A stretch of DNA of 55,426 nucleotides, filler included, from Platydemus manokwari (lineage: Eukaryota): the NCBI GenBank assembly GCA_037951405.1. It is 4 parts of 4 records of this genome, joined end to end, with 100 filler letters (N's around TTAATTAATTAA, not from the genome) between each part and the next. Parts side by side here need not be neighbours in the genome. Positions count along the whole stretch, not along the records: positions 16,298 to 29,731 come from JBBMOY011728064.1; positions 29,832 to 39,169 come from JBBMOY011262318.1; 2 more parts are not named here. The stretch is one strand, 5' to 3'. A program made the translations under genes and the position numbers. The notes beneath the pieces were generated by a model that searched no databases, was not told where the DNA came from, and saw only the letters and a program-made list of their open reading frames with translations. The first letter of the stretch is position 1. Every line of letters begins with the position of its first letter. Of the stretch, positions 25,290 through 38,243 are shown one piece after another.

Positions 25290-27540
25290 GTTTGTATCGA
25301 AGTTATGAACTTTGAGTAAAGAAAGTAGTGAAAGAGGTATTTGACAAGAAAGCACTTTCGAAAAATTCCAAAACTATTTATTCTGCAAGATCTAAATAGC
25401 AAGAAAATGAAAGAGTCTTTCACTATGGACCTTTCAAGTTCCAACTATAGGAGAGAGAGTTGGCTGTCAATTTAAAAAGAGTAACTCCGACAAAGCTGAT
25501 AAATGTCATCAAGAAGATACATGCCAAGTCGGTATTTCAAAGTTACCCAAGAAAATCCTACCCCAATCGTGCAGGAAAGAGATTTTGGTGTGAACCAATT
25601 AATCATATGGAAAGCCAAACAATACTAGACTAACAAGATCAATAAAGGCTAATTCGTCTAAGTTTTGCAAGAGGGAAACCCAAAGCATGTGGTGATTATT
25701 TAAAAATCGGAGCTTGCTTTTGCTGCGGTGAGCTTGGACAACTGAAGTTTGAATGTCCACGGCGGAATAAATGTTTAATATGCGGAAAAGAAGGGCATCC
25801 ATCCAGAAAATGTCATTTCTCCGGGTAACCTAGTTATAATAGTTCGAGGAAGATGAAGCCAATTTTTAAACTGAAAGTGAAGCAAATGATTGTATTAACC
25901 CAATCTCCATGAAAGAGAAAAAACTGCCATCAACTTCCTGTGCCTATATCGTCAGTAGGGTTTAGTCAATAAGATACATATCAGCTAGAGGTTGAAAATA
26001 TGTGAAGAAGAGAGACGACACGAGTAAGAGGAAGCACTCATAGAAAGCACATCCGAAAACAGAATTCTAAAAATTTAATTTTATTAATTTTCTTTTCCTG
26101 TACATGATATCCTAATCTTATGGAACTCGGAGTATGGTGATACATTTTTCTCCACGCTAGATTTAGGCCAAGCATTCTACGTTGAAAACTGCGTTCAGCA
26201 CTAGAACTGGGCAGTTCTGTTTTAACAGACTACCTTTTGAATTATGTACCATATCAACAATGTTTCTGAGCCTAATGTATACGATATTTTCATATTTCAA
26301 TGGCATTCTTATTTATCTGAACGATATTTTAATATATGAAAGAACAATAGAGGAGCACAATGAGAAACTCTGTAAGGTTTTCAAGTTGATTAAATCATCA
26401 GATTTGAAAATCAATCCATAAAAATGTGCTTTTGGCACTAGAAAATTGAATTTCCTGGGTTATACGGTTAGTGCAGAAGGTATAAAAACTAATAATGACA
26501 AAGTAAAGAAGATTAAAGAAGCAATTAAACCCGGTTGTATAACTCAGTTGAGGTTGTTCCTGTGATTATGCTATTATTGCAGACATTTTATCAAAGACCA
26601 GGCATTAATTACGACTTCATTATATGCGAAAATGACTGGAAGTGACAAGAAATTGGATTAGACTACGGAGTGTGAGAAAATTTTTGAAAATTTAAAGGAA
26701 CAATTATGTACAGCTCCGATTTTGGTCTTTCCGGATCCAAACTAAGAGATGCGTTTAGGTACAGACGCTAGTTTCGGAGTGAATGGTGCTGTTCTAAACC
26801 AGTTGGATGATATTGGAAAGGAAAGAGTAGCAGCCTACGCTTCTATAACTCTTAACAGTTATGAAAAGGTTATTGAGCTTTTCGCAATCCACGAGTTCAC
26901 TATGCATTTTAAGCATTATCTACTGGGAAAAAATATGTGACTCGCACTGATCATAAGATATGGACATCTTGACGAAAACTAACAAACAAATTAGTCCTCA
27001 GTTTCAAACATGGCTTGCAAACTTATCCGAATTCGATTTCGAACTTCAATATCGAAAGGGATCAGATCATGGAAATGCGGGGATTTTGTACACAGTGATT
27101 AAATTAGTACTAAGGAGCTAAAGAAGCAGCCAAAAAGTCGGCTGTCGAGCATTCAATTGCAAATAATGATGAAATAAAAAAGATTCAGCAAGGAGGTACT
27201 GTCGTTGATTTCATTTGAAAATAGTTACAAAAAAAAGAAACAGGAGTCAATTCAGTGAAAACCAAATATTTTAATAGTTTAGAGAAATACGAATTGTTTG
27301 AAGATGCTTTGGTGTATAATGAGAATGGAAAGGAGCGAATTGTTGTGCCAGAAGTTCATTCTCAGAAACTAACTGGATACCTTCATGAAAAGTTGTACCA
27401 TATCGGTAATAAGAAATTGGTCGATTACATTCAAAAGATTTTCTTCTGGCCAAATATGTCACTAAGCATAGAATACGGAATTGTGATATTTGTGCTAAAG
27501 GAAAGGTATACACTGGAAGGACTAACAAATCCTTGAGTTG
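25290..27540 (+). mobile_element. Decayed Ty3/gypsy LTR retrotransposon (gag Zn knuckles, RT, RNase H, integrase Zn region)
   Basis: CFCCGELGQLKFEC..KCLICGKEGHPSRKC; FFSTLDLGQAFY; KTAFSTRTGQFCFNRLPF; IYLNDILIY (YxDD degenerate); TDASFGVNGAVL; HEKLYHIG. Many stops and frameshifts. Confidence 0.9.
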
Positions 27541-28737
27541 AATAAAATTTAGTTCAGATTCCCTTCTTGATTTTTGCCTCTGACTGTTCCGCTTCGGTTT
27601 AATGCAATGCATCGAGTTTTTTATAATTTTGTTTTGAATCAATATCTTGTACTTGTGGTTATTGCGGCGGCCGGCTCTGTTTTCACCTCAGTATTTATAC
27701 TTCGCTGTGCCAGCCCCCGCCTTCTATTTTCGGTAACATTGTTACCGCCGACAAATAAATTTGCATTTGTCGACATTCTTCGAATATTTGTTTGGATCAC
27801 ATCATGTACTTTTATCGATATTTTCTTTATTATTTTTTATCTTTATTTATTCTTTCATATTAAATATTCATTTTTATTTTTTATTCCTTTATAGATATTA
27901 TACTCATTTTTTTTAATTTCTTTATAAATATTATATTCATTATTTATCCTTGCTATTTTTATTTTATTCTTATTTGTCATTTTCTCTTCCTCACTTTCCT
28001 CCCCGCTTTACTTCATAAATTAACCAATGTAAAAATGTATAAGAATTATTATAAAGTTATTAAGAAATTACTAAAGATTTTCAAGTAACACTAACAACAA
28101 AATAATATAATCAATTCATCTGTCGGGATAATACCCATGCAGGCTGCAAGCCTATAAATTACTATAAATTTTATAATAATAGTTAATACATAATAATAAT
28201 AATAATAATAAATAAAACCGAAAACCCACATTAATTAAAATGTAGGCGTGTGGGCGAAATGATATTAATAATAGATATAAAATTTTTTCCACAAATTATT
28301 AATCCACGTTGGCATGGCAATCCGAAATATAGTCAGAGAAATTAAAATTTAAATACAAATTGCCATAACAACGGTAGATATTACTAAGTAAATCCTCAAG
28401 TCAGGAATAAAGTTAATCATTCGCCCACATTCTAAATCCGTATAAATACTGAAGTAAAATTCAGTATTTTCGCCACAATTTCACGCGACACATAGAGATT
28501 ATAAATTCAAATATTCAATTTGGGATTTCGACTCCAACTTCGAGTTAAAGAGCAAATTACCAATCAATAATTCAAGCCTCTGGTAACAATTGTTATTTCT
28601 TACCCTAAAGCTTCCAGACCCATTCTTATTTGTAATTGCTTTAATTATATGCTTCATTTCTTCTAATTATTTTTTGTATTATTATTATTGTTGGGGAAAT
28701 GGCAAAATTATCCAAATGAGTAAATAAAACTGTAACA
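27540..28737. mobile_element. Two probable LTR-like segments in opposite orientation
   Basis: A shared TATA-containing motif gtataaatactga(g/a)gt(g/a)aaa lies on - at ~27680-27700 and on + at ~28440-28459. The right segment begins tgt (28241) and ends aataaa..tgtaaca (28737). Confidence 0.3.
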
Positions 28738-29731
28738 ATTTTGACAGTCAACAATCACGCTAGATAGCATTTGATATTGATGTAACAATTTGATAAATAT
28801 GTGTATAAATGTAGCAATTTTTATAGCTCATGCGTTTATTGTTATTTTAGTTTTAGTGTGTAAAAGTAACAATTAGGTTACTATTTTTAGGGCTTGATTA
28901 TTCAAGCATATCTAATGTTTCGATTCCTGGAAAAGGCTTGATTAATCAAGCCGTGTATTTTATTTCATCGTTACAAATAATTTAAGATGTTAAATCAAGC
29001 TTCTGTTTAATTAATTAAATGGTTAAAATAATAATAATTATTATTAGTATTATCATGAAATGATAATAATAATCCTTTTATGGTTAATAAATATATTTTT
29101 CTTTGGCACCTTTCAAGATCAAACATTAAAATATTGAATTATATATATTCCATCGGTATAGTATTAACGAGAAAAACTTTATCTTGAATGAATTATAGGA
29201 GAAATCTTTAGGGAATTAATTTATTTGTATCGATTTTAATCAATAATCCGTGACGATTAAATTCGTCTCCCGATTCATATAAATAGGGGGGGAAAACGTC
29301 AAAACATTCGAACCGTCTGTTACAATCTTGTGAACTGAACTGCCTGTTACATTTAAACAGTCTGTGAACTACCGCCCATTTTAATCTGAAACCACCAGCT
29401 CGTAGTGTGTTACAACCAAATCGTGAGAAGACGTATTTTCATTCAAAACCATTCTGTTCGTGTTGGACCTGATTCATATTTGACCAAGAAGAATTTCCAC
29501 AAGCTTTTGATCAAGTATATGGCGCAAGATACTTGAGTTAGATTAATTCTATAAACAACTGATCAGTAGTATAGTAGCCGTGTATATTGTCTTATTATAG
29601 AGTTTTATCTCAAACATCTTGAAAGGTGGTTTTGCTGCAAGAGTGCGCAGTTTATTAACCGTAAATCTTCCCCAGAAGCTTGATAAGGTTGTTCGTATTT
29701 TGCCATTGTATATTTAAACATACTAGTTGTA

Positions 29732-29831
29732 NNNNNNNNNNNNNNNNNNNNNNNNNNNNNNNNNNNNNNNNNNNNTTAATTAATTAANNNNNNNNNNNNN
29801 NNNNNNNNNNNNNNNNNNNNNNNNNNNNNNN
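29732..29831. other. Artificial contig spacer N44-TTAATTAATTAA-N44
   Basis: Same structure as at 16198. Confidence 0.95.
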
Positions 29832-29994
29832 TATTAAAATGTTAAACAATAATTAAAATATGCATAAAAATAATCAGACCGAAACACAAGACTTCAGAGC
29901 ACCTGCAGTTTGAGAGTAATATTTGTAAAATGTGGAAATAACATTTACAATAATCAAAGCTATTAAATTGTTTTCATTCCGTATTTATTTTCAG

Positions 29995-30407
29995 ATAAGT
30001 TCAGTAGATGAAAAATTACTATCTATTAAATTTGCCGATATATCTCTACCAAGACCAGGTGAGTTTGTAATAGCATTCAGCACACAGGAAAGAGGAGGGA
30101 GATTAATTACGGTTGGTGTAGTATCAGCAGTGCAGAGAGATTTAGGGCACCCAAAAGGTATAAAATTTATTCAGACGGATGCGATGGTTAGAGTAAGTTA
30201 TCTTTCTCAAATGATTTAATTACAAAAATTTTCAAGGATGGTACATCAGGAGGACCTTTAGTAAATTTAAAAGGAGAAGTTGTTGGTATTAATACATTGA
30301 TGATTTCCGATGGCTATGGATTTGCTATACCAAGCAATTATTGCAAAGATTTTGTAAATATTGCAATTAATGGCCAGTCACTTAAGGAATCTTTGTTAAC
30401 AAGCTAG
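29995..30407 (+). CDS. HtrA/DegP-family trypsin-like serine protease, last two exons
   Basis: Exons 29995-30192 and 30237-30407: RPGEFVIAF...[11 protein letters not shown]...FIQTDAMVR|[21 protein letters not shown]...GFAIPS, then a stop at 30405-30407. Confidence 0.85.
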
Positions 30408-31949
30408 TTATGAAAAATTATTAAGACTCTGCTGTTGCATAAATATATTATCTTTTAAACTCTCATCTAATGTGGTTTATAAAACTCTAAAATTTAGTGA
30501 ATAGCAGTTTCAAGAAATTCCCATATTTATTGCTTGACTGATCGATATCCGTTTTAGAAACATAGGTATAAAAAATAAAATTAATCATAATTCAAGTAAA
30601 AAATATATTAAATTAAAAATAAAGTTATGATGTTGTTTGCTATAGTGATTATTTACTGGACTTTAGGCAGCCTTGTGAAGATGCCTTTTAGCATTTAAGA
30701 AACAAAGATTAAAATGAAAGAACGAATGAGGTAACGATGTATTCGCCAATAATACAAGAAGTACCACTGATTAAAATTCTGTAACATTAACGCGATTGGT
30801 ATCAACCAGCATCGTTATTTAATTTTTAACCCTTGAGGTAAAAATGAAGCCTAGCCTATAATAAATAATAATAGTAATTAAATGCAACAAGCAAATAAAT
30901 TAGAACGTAATACGAAAGGTATATATTAAGAAAGCAAAATCTAACTGAATTTTGCTAAAAAAAATATTATAGCCAAATGTGCAACATATCATCACATTTA
31001 TTGATCACTACTTTAACTAAAGGTAAGTAAGCTTCTCGCGAATAAACGAATGTAGTTAATATTAATTAGTAAGAGTTATAATTACTTCACAATTATAATT
31101 AACAGGAGCCATTTAGGCGTTAGAAAATTACAATGTTTCAGTGTAGTCAACCGTTAAGCTTATTGGATTATTAAGTATTATATATTTCTTTGATTAGTTT
31201 TATTATTTTCCTTATTGTTTATTGTCGTGGTTCTTCATTTAAATATTCTACAATATTTGGCTTCTAGTGTATATTAATATTCAGGCTGTTGTATATGGAC
31301 CAGACAACTAGACTTTATTTATATGGTTTTACCCAAATAAATTAAAATGAATCTGCTTCTATCTAATTATATTTGTGATTCTTTAAAATCAACAAGTGAG
31401 TTCATTCAGTTATTCCAATTGAGGTTTTTCGTAGATAGAAGGAAATACAACACAGTTTAATCAAAATTATATATATTTCATTTTCACAAACACACAGTAC
31501 AGATGTTACAAAAATTAAATTTGCAAAAACCGAAAAAGGATCAGCTCGAGAACAGTTTAGATATCAACACTTCTCATTGTTTAATATAAGGTTTAAATGA
31601 GTAATATCGTTATCAAAAAAATTAAATTCCTTTTTCACTGTTTATTTGGTAAAAGTACTACATCTGTTCAATATCTGGACTGTCCAGTTTAAAATTTATA
31701 TTTGATATCACGCAGACTTTCACAATTAAATTTCAAAAATTTTATTTCTTATTCGATAAGTCAGGTTATTACAACCTTATTGAAGCTGTTTATTTAGTAT
31801 TATTTCAACTAATTGACGGCTAAACAAAACGATTAGTTATTGGAAATTTTTAGCAGATGTTGATAGTGTCGTCTTCTCGGCTTTTGGGCTATTTGAAATT
31901 CTTAAAGGGAAAATGTTTAGTAAGTTTTATTTATTTTTCATTATTATAT

Positions 31950-34800
31950 AATGAAAATTTATTATATAATGAGTGAATTTTTTATAATTTTTATAGAAAT
32001 TTTCTTTAGAACCGTTCCAACAAGGAGATTGGTATGGATTTTTATTAAGATCCATCTTCCAAAATTACGTTTCGGATTTCGACAGTTGATTTTTAGCACT
32101 TAGGCTTGGCTTATATTCCTGTAGTTCTGATAATATCAATTTTACATCTAACGTTCATCTATCGATTTGGATTTTAAACCACATGAATGTTTTTGTTATA
32201 AATCATTTAGGTGTTATTGTTCGAGTTCATTTATCAAACGTTCAACTACTTTTTATTTTAGTTTTTTCTTCTATAAGTTCTTTGTTTCTTCAATCTTTGT
32301 ACCTTCCCAATTCTTATAATTTTTACTATATGTTACCTTTAAAAGTTTATCCATGGTAACTTTATTTGTTTTGGTGGATCTTGCAGTATTAACTTTCATG
32401 GAATCTGTTTTTTGAATTTTCTACTTTCTTTATTACTCGATTTGGGATAGGTTTCCTATTGAATTCAAGGGCTTCATTAGAATCTGTATAGTTATCTAGT
32501 TTTGGAATCCATTTCAAATTTGTGTTTCTGTGATGAAGTTTATTCGTTAAATTATAGTCTTTCAATTGATTTTTCATTTTTTCATTCTTTAATGATCATG
32601 ACATTCAATGTTAGAACATCTGCTACCAATAATTTTCTCCAGAATAGTTGTGACAATCTCTTTTAAGTTATTTGTCCCATTGCATAGTTATGACAAGAGT
32701 TTGTTGATTGCCACTGTTAGTAATAGCAATTTTATACTATTTTCTAATGCTTTCTAATGTTCTTCTATAGTTTTTGAAAATATTAGTATATAGTCTAGGT
32801 AGACCATTGTACCTTTATACTTAATTGCACCTGTCAATACTTTTGTCATTAGTTCTTGAAAAGTACCAGGCGCTGCTCAGATTCCAAATGGCATACTTGT
32901 AAAACAATACTGACCATTTTTTTGTTGAAAATGGTGTTTTTTCTTAGGATTCTTCTTCAAACTCTACTTGGTAGTATGCATTACCTAAGTCAATAGATTT
33001 GAAGAACTTAGAACCATGTAATGTAACTAGCATCTTTTCTTTATTTCTTCCAAATGTAAACAAGGGGAGTATTCTAAGGTGAGTTGCACTTTCTTATGAT
33101 GTTATTTTGCCACAAATTCTGATTGCTTCATCTATCATTTCTTATAAATTCACCGGTTGTGTCTAATGCTTGATATTTATTGGATTGCCATTCATTACAA
33201 TTTTGTGTTTCACTAATTTTTTACAACCTATATGACCTGACATAAATACATTCTTGTTATTGCTAATAATCTCATATAGCCGAGAACCTTCTTTTAGTGT
33301 CAAACATTCTTTAGTTTTCTTAAAGCTTTCTTCATCAGTAGTAGTCATTCCGAATTTAGCCGTTATCTCATAAATAGAAATGAATCTGTTTTCTTCCATT
33401 TCTTTATTTAAAAAAATTCTTATTCCAGTAAAGTTTTAATCCAAATATCATTTGAAATTTAATGCAGGCTATGATTTGTGATGACATGTGTTCGACAACA
33501 ATAAATGATACGTTGTTTGTTTGGATATCTGCTTCGACTTTCGATGTTACTTTACCAATTACATCCAGTTTATTACCGTTTACGCAACGCAAACTTTCCT
33601 AAGTATTTTCTATTTCGACGTGTTACAGTAATTTTAATATCTTTTTGTTAATAACATTCATTCTTGCTCCTGTATCTAGCAAACATTTAAACTCTTTATC
33701 CTTAATTCTTCTAATTTTGCTTGGTATTTCTTAGATTCTATCGTTCGAAATCTTTGGAGTTCTTAATTCCTCAAAAGTTAATATTGTCGTCTCTTTTCTT
33801 TCTTTATATTCTTCATAATTGTATGAGTTCATTTTAGTTATAAATTTTATAATTTTCTCTTGGGTTCTTTCATTTATCTCCATAATTTTGCTCAATCAAT
33901 TCCCTTAATTCCCATAATTATGCGTCTTCACAAAGTCGCAAAATCGTCTTTTGAAATTTTCGTCCTTATAATTAGACGTTCCAACACCTCTGGCGTTTCT
34001 TCATTTGCTGCGTTCTTGCTGTTCTTGTTTAAAATGTCCACATTTTAGTGATATCCTCGATATAAATATCTTTTACACTTGATTGTATTTGAGCAATCAC
34101 TGGCTATGTTGCCCCTTTCACGGTAGATATAACATGTTACAACCTTTGGGGTGTTACAGCTTCGTGCTATATGACCTTGTTTGTTACAGTTGTAATCAGT
34201 CTGATCTCATTTCTCCTTACCTGCTCCTTTGGTTTATGATTGGTTTTTCGTCTTGTTATCCAATTATCCGATGTTATAGCACTCATTTTTTTACTGCAAG
34301 TACTTCATTTAGCTTTTTATTACCTTTTTAATCTTCGATAATTCAACGACGTCTTGCATTTCTATCTCTCTCTCTCCCCAAATCCGCATCATCTGAACTA
34401 TCAGGAATGCCACTAGACCTTCTTTCGTTGTTTTATGCGATATAATGTTCAATTTTATCTGTTCTATTTCATCAAAGAAAACTTCGACAGATTCCGACTC
34501 CCTTCGATATTGGAGGGCTCTTAATCAATCTTGAACCAGCGATCTTTTTTATCAAAGGCCTTTCGTAGTCTGTGATCATACTCCTTGATTTCATCCGAAA
34601 CTGCCTTGTGTTGAGCAATCGAGCTCTGATCTAATAAGGCAATTACAACCAGATTCCTTATTTATTTGGTTGTTTTGCAAATATCACAGTATCAATTACA
34701 GCTTTTAATAAACTAATCGATATCGTCTTCTCGTCTATATTTTTCAGGCACAAGTCTGCTCAAAATAGTATCCATTTCTACTTTTCTATAAACTTATTAC
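31950..34800 (-). mobile_element. Decayed Ty3/gypsy LTR retrotransposon (gag, Zn knuckles, protease, RT)
   Basis: MDTILSRLVPEKY gag start near 34775; protease KCLLDTGARMNVI near 33690; RT FFKSIDLGNAYYQV, GQYCFTSMPFG, APGTFQELM, VYLDYILIFSKTIEEH. Many stops. Confidence 0.9.
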
Positions 34801-36527
34801 GTTTGATGAGCTTGCCGTTATAAATATTTTGGGAATTGACTTTTTTCCGTTATTCTTTTTATATTCTTTAGAAACAACTAGTGTCGGTCAATTGAATAGC
34901 TTATTACCTTTTCAACCATCTTTGTGGTTATCAATAAAGTTTTAATGTATCTATAGAAAATATTTAGTAACTGACTCTGAATAAAAAGCCTTGATTGCTA
35001 ATCGTTTTAATGTCAGGTCACATGCTTATACAGGTTCATCGACATCTTTTTGTCATTTCAAAATTGTCCTCCAATATTATTTCTTCCGTCATAACAACTC
35101 TGATCTAATTGTGATAACAAATTGTTATGTACTCATGATATGGAATGGTGTTCTTCTCAACTTTATTACCTCATTCCATCCATTTGCAAAAGTTGTAATT
35201 TGTTAATTATCGAAAAAATCCCCAAAGTTTCCTACTGAAAAATCTACCAACATTGTCCTTCTATTTCCGATATTTGTTACCATGATAAATCCGCCGTTAC
35301 AAATATTTCTTAATATATTGGATTACCCAAAAGTTTAATTACTTCTAATTCCTTATTTTCATCCATACTTGATTTTATTTAGCTACTAACTATTCACTCA
35401 GCTAAATACTTTTGCACGGTGATGAACCCCCCAATCTATCAATAACATCAAATTTATGTTGTATTTTGTTTATTAACAGTGGTTCTTTTATTCTAACACG
35501 TGAATTCGATGTAATATTCAAACTTAAGTTTTTTTTTCGATAGAGTATATCATGCCTTCACAGACACACAATAGAATAATTCTTTTAAGCAATTGTTTCC
35601 GCTTCACAGAAAACTTAATTTAGTCATTTTTTAGTAATAAATTATTTTACAACAATTGAATGAAATAAATCGAACTATTGTCATGTTGTTCTCAAATAAA
35701 GGTAATTTCGTAATTTTTATTTTTATAAAAAGCATTATTAATCATCATACTATACATGGTAACTAGCTAAATTTCATATTCTGGTTAACCCATTGGCAAT
35801 ATATTTAAATTTATTATAGGTAGTGGTTAATATATGAATGCGCAGCACGATTTTAAAAATTCAAAAATAAACATAATACCTTAGCAAATCAATCTGGAAA
35901 CCATAAGCATAAATAATTAGATAGTATAACTGATCTCAAAAAATCTACGAAATAAGATAATCTCACTATACTTCCGATAAAGAAAATTATTCATATTGTA
36001 AAAATAGAATTTCATTTCATAAACTCAGAGTACACTTATTAGGAAAATATCAATTTTGTAATGAAAATTTTGCAATACTTTAGTATTTTCGTTACAACAA
36101 TTTCTGATTTAAGAATTTCGTTTGGATAACTTTTTCTTTATAAGAAATACATTCAAAAATTGTTTTAATTTTTAATTATTGGTTTTAATTAGAAGTTTGA
36201 AACAAAGTTTTTCATTTTTCGAAATTAAATGTTGTTTGTCATACAATATTTGATAAATCACATAAAATTTATCGGTATTATTGATTTAAATTTACAAAAT
36301 CTCAGATAAGTATCAAGTTTTTAATTGATATTTTGAAAATATATAAACTAACACTTAGCAAATCATATTTCTCACTAAAAAATATTTCTTGGTTCTTAGT
36401 TTTATATAAAATTAAAATTGTATAAAGTAATATAAAATAAAGCTTGATATAAATACTTGTAAAAATTGTTGTCAGATTTCTAAAATTTTATTTTATAAAA
36501 TTATATTGGATTTTATAAAAATAATAA

Positions 36528-38039
36528 TCAAATATTTCTCGTAATATTAGTACATGCATTTTTACCACATTCATCAAGTTCTATTATCACATCAACTTTC
36601 GGTTTAATGAAATTATTTTTAACTATCCTTGATCGTATTGAATCTTGTCTCGATGGAAAAATTGGTTTTTGGCAGTGACAATGATTCCAGAAATGTTTAA
36701 CTTCTTTTCTAACAACCGAGTCTCGGTAAACATATATTGCGGGGGTTATTACGCAGTTGATATAAATTAGCCACCCGCTCATGGTATTCCAAAATATATA
36801 GTGATCCATAAAGTCATTATGAAATGCTTGAATTATTAAAAGTATGAAATATGGACTTATTAAAATTATAAATGCAGCAACTACTAGTAAGCAAGTTTTG
36901 GCAGCATTTAATTCTTCTTTTGGACTAAATAATCCTTTCAATCTTCTAGAACATATTTTGCTTCCTTTTCTTATAATATTTGAGAATGTTGTTTCCATAG
37001 ATACCATTGAACTATTAAATGAAGTGCTTGATCTGTTTATAGGCTTTTTAGATTGCTTTTCGCTACTACAGCGGACCAACCTATATTTTAATCTGGGATC
37101 ATCTTTTGGTGATCTTACCGAATTCTTGAAAAAAGAATTAGCTGATATTTTTCTTGTATTCACTTCCTGTGGACAGACTTGAAGTAATGACTTTTTCGAG
37201 TTAAAGAACATACTTCCATCATCAATAAACAAATTCGGTGAAGATAATGAATGGTTTTTATCAAGAGTATGTGCTATTTTATTATTATTATCTCCTTTGT
37301 TGGGTAATTCGGGAGTATTGGAAATATAAGTCCTCAATTTAAAGTTTCTTGCAATCTGCGTCGCTAAATGATACATCATTGAATAAGATATTAGAATAAA
37401 TAAAAGCGGGACAATATACGAAGTTATAACAAAAACAATTGTGTATGATCGATAAAATATATGAGAAGAGCATGAAATTAAAAAAAATATGGAAAAGGAT
37501 TCACCAAATGTGTATGGATCTTCTTTAATAAAAATAGACGCAATAAATGGTATTGTTGCAATAATAATTGAAAAGCCCCAACCCACAACTGTCATCAGAA
37601 TGATGCTAAACGAATTGGCACATCTTCTAAAATGTAAAGGACGAAGAACCCCTAATAATCTTTCTACGGTGATTCCTATTGTGCTAACTATCATAGCACT
37701 TACAAATAATGTTACAACAAACCCAGCAACTTGAGTAAATGAATTCTTTAGAGATGGCTTGTTAATAATAGTCACATAAATACTAAATGGAATCATGATA
37801 ACTGTTAGCATTGAATTCGCAAGACACATGTTTCCAATGAAAAAACGAGAATACTTTGCCTTGGCTCGTTCTCTAATTCTTGGTTGAGCAACAGCAATAA
37901 TGATCAATAGATTCACAACGGTTGAACCAATCAATATGGCGACTAAAAATGTTACCACAACTATCCTGTAAATATTATTGTCAATAGGGATCTGAAAGAG
38001 ATGCTTCTGATGATTCTTCACTGAATAGTTGCGATTCAT
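36528..38039 (-). CDS. Intronless rhodopsin-family (class A) GPCR, orphan, 503 aa, long third intracellular loop
   Basis: Seven hydrophobic segments, with TM1 N, TM2 NMCLAN, TM3 ITVERL, TM4 W..P, TM5 YIVPL, TM6 AAKT..SPY and TM7 NCVITPAIY. Confidence 0.92.
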   Translation of the reverse strand: MNRNYSVKNHQKHLFQIPIDNNIYRIVVVTFLVAILIGSTVVNLLIIIAVAQPRIRERAKAKYSRFFIGNMCLANSMLTVIMIPFSIYVTIINKPSLKNSFTQVAGFVVTLFVSAMIVSTIGITVERLLGVLRPLHFRRCANSFSIILMTVVGWGFSIIIATIPFIASIFIKEDPYTFGESFSIFFLISCSSHIFYRSYTIVFVITSYIVPLLFILISYSMMYHLATQIARNFKLRTYISNTPELPNKGDNNNKIAHTLDKNHSLSSPNLFIDDGSMFFNSKKSLLQVCPQEVNTRKISANSFFKNSVRSPKDDPRLKYRLVRCSSEKQSKKPINRSSTSFNSSMVSMETTFSNIIRKGSKICSRRLKGLFSPKEELNAAKTCLLVVAAFIILISPYFILLIIQAFHNDFMDHYIFWNTMSGWLIYINCVITPAIYVYRDSVVRKEVKHFWNHCHCQKPIFPSRQDSIRSRIVKNNFIKPKVDVIIELDECGKNACTNITRNI

Positions 38040-38243
38040 TGACAGAATTACTATTATCAGTGGTTCAAAATGTAGTGATTTAATTCTCCAATACCGGATG
38101 TCAACGATTAGCTAGTGGGTGAAAATTTTCAATAATTGCTGTATCGAAAATCAGAGGAATAATTTCTAATAAAAATTGTGGTTAATATTATACTAATCTT
38201 TATATTGATTATATATATACAAAAAATTTTCATCTATTCTTAC

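Noticed and set aside
38178-38243. Hydrophobic N-terminal extension (signal-like) of the Cys-rich ORF
   Set aside because: It depends on a GTG start. The sequence is eukaryotic, and AT-rich UTR translates as I/L/F by chance.
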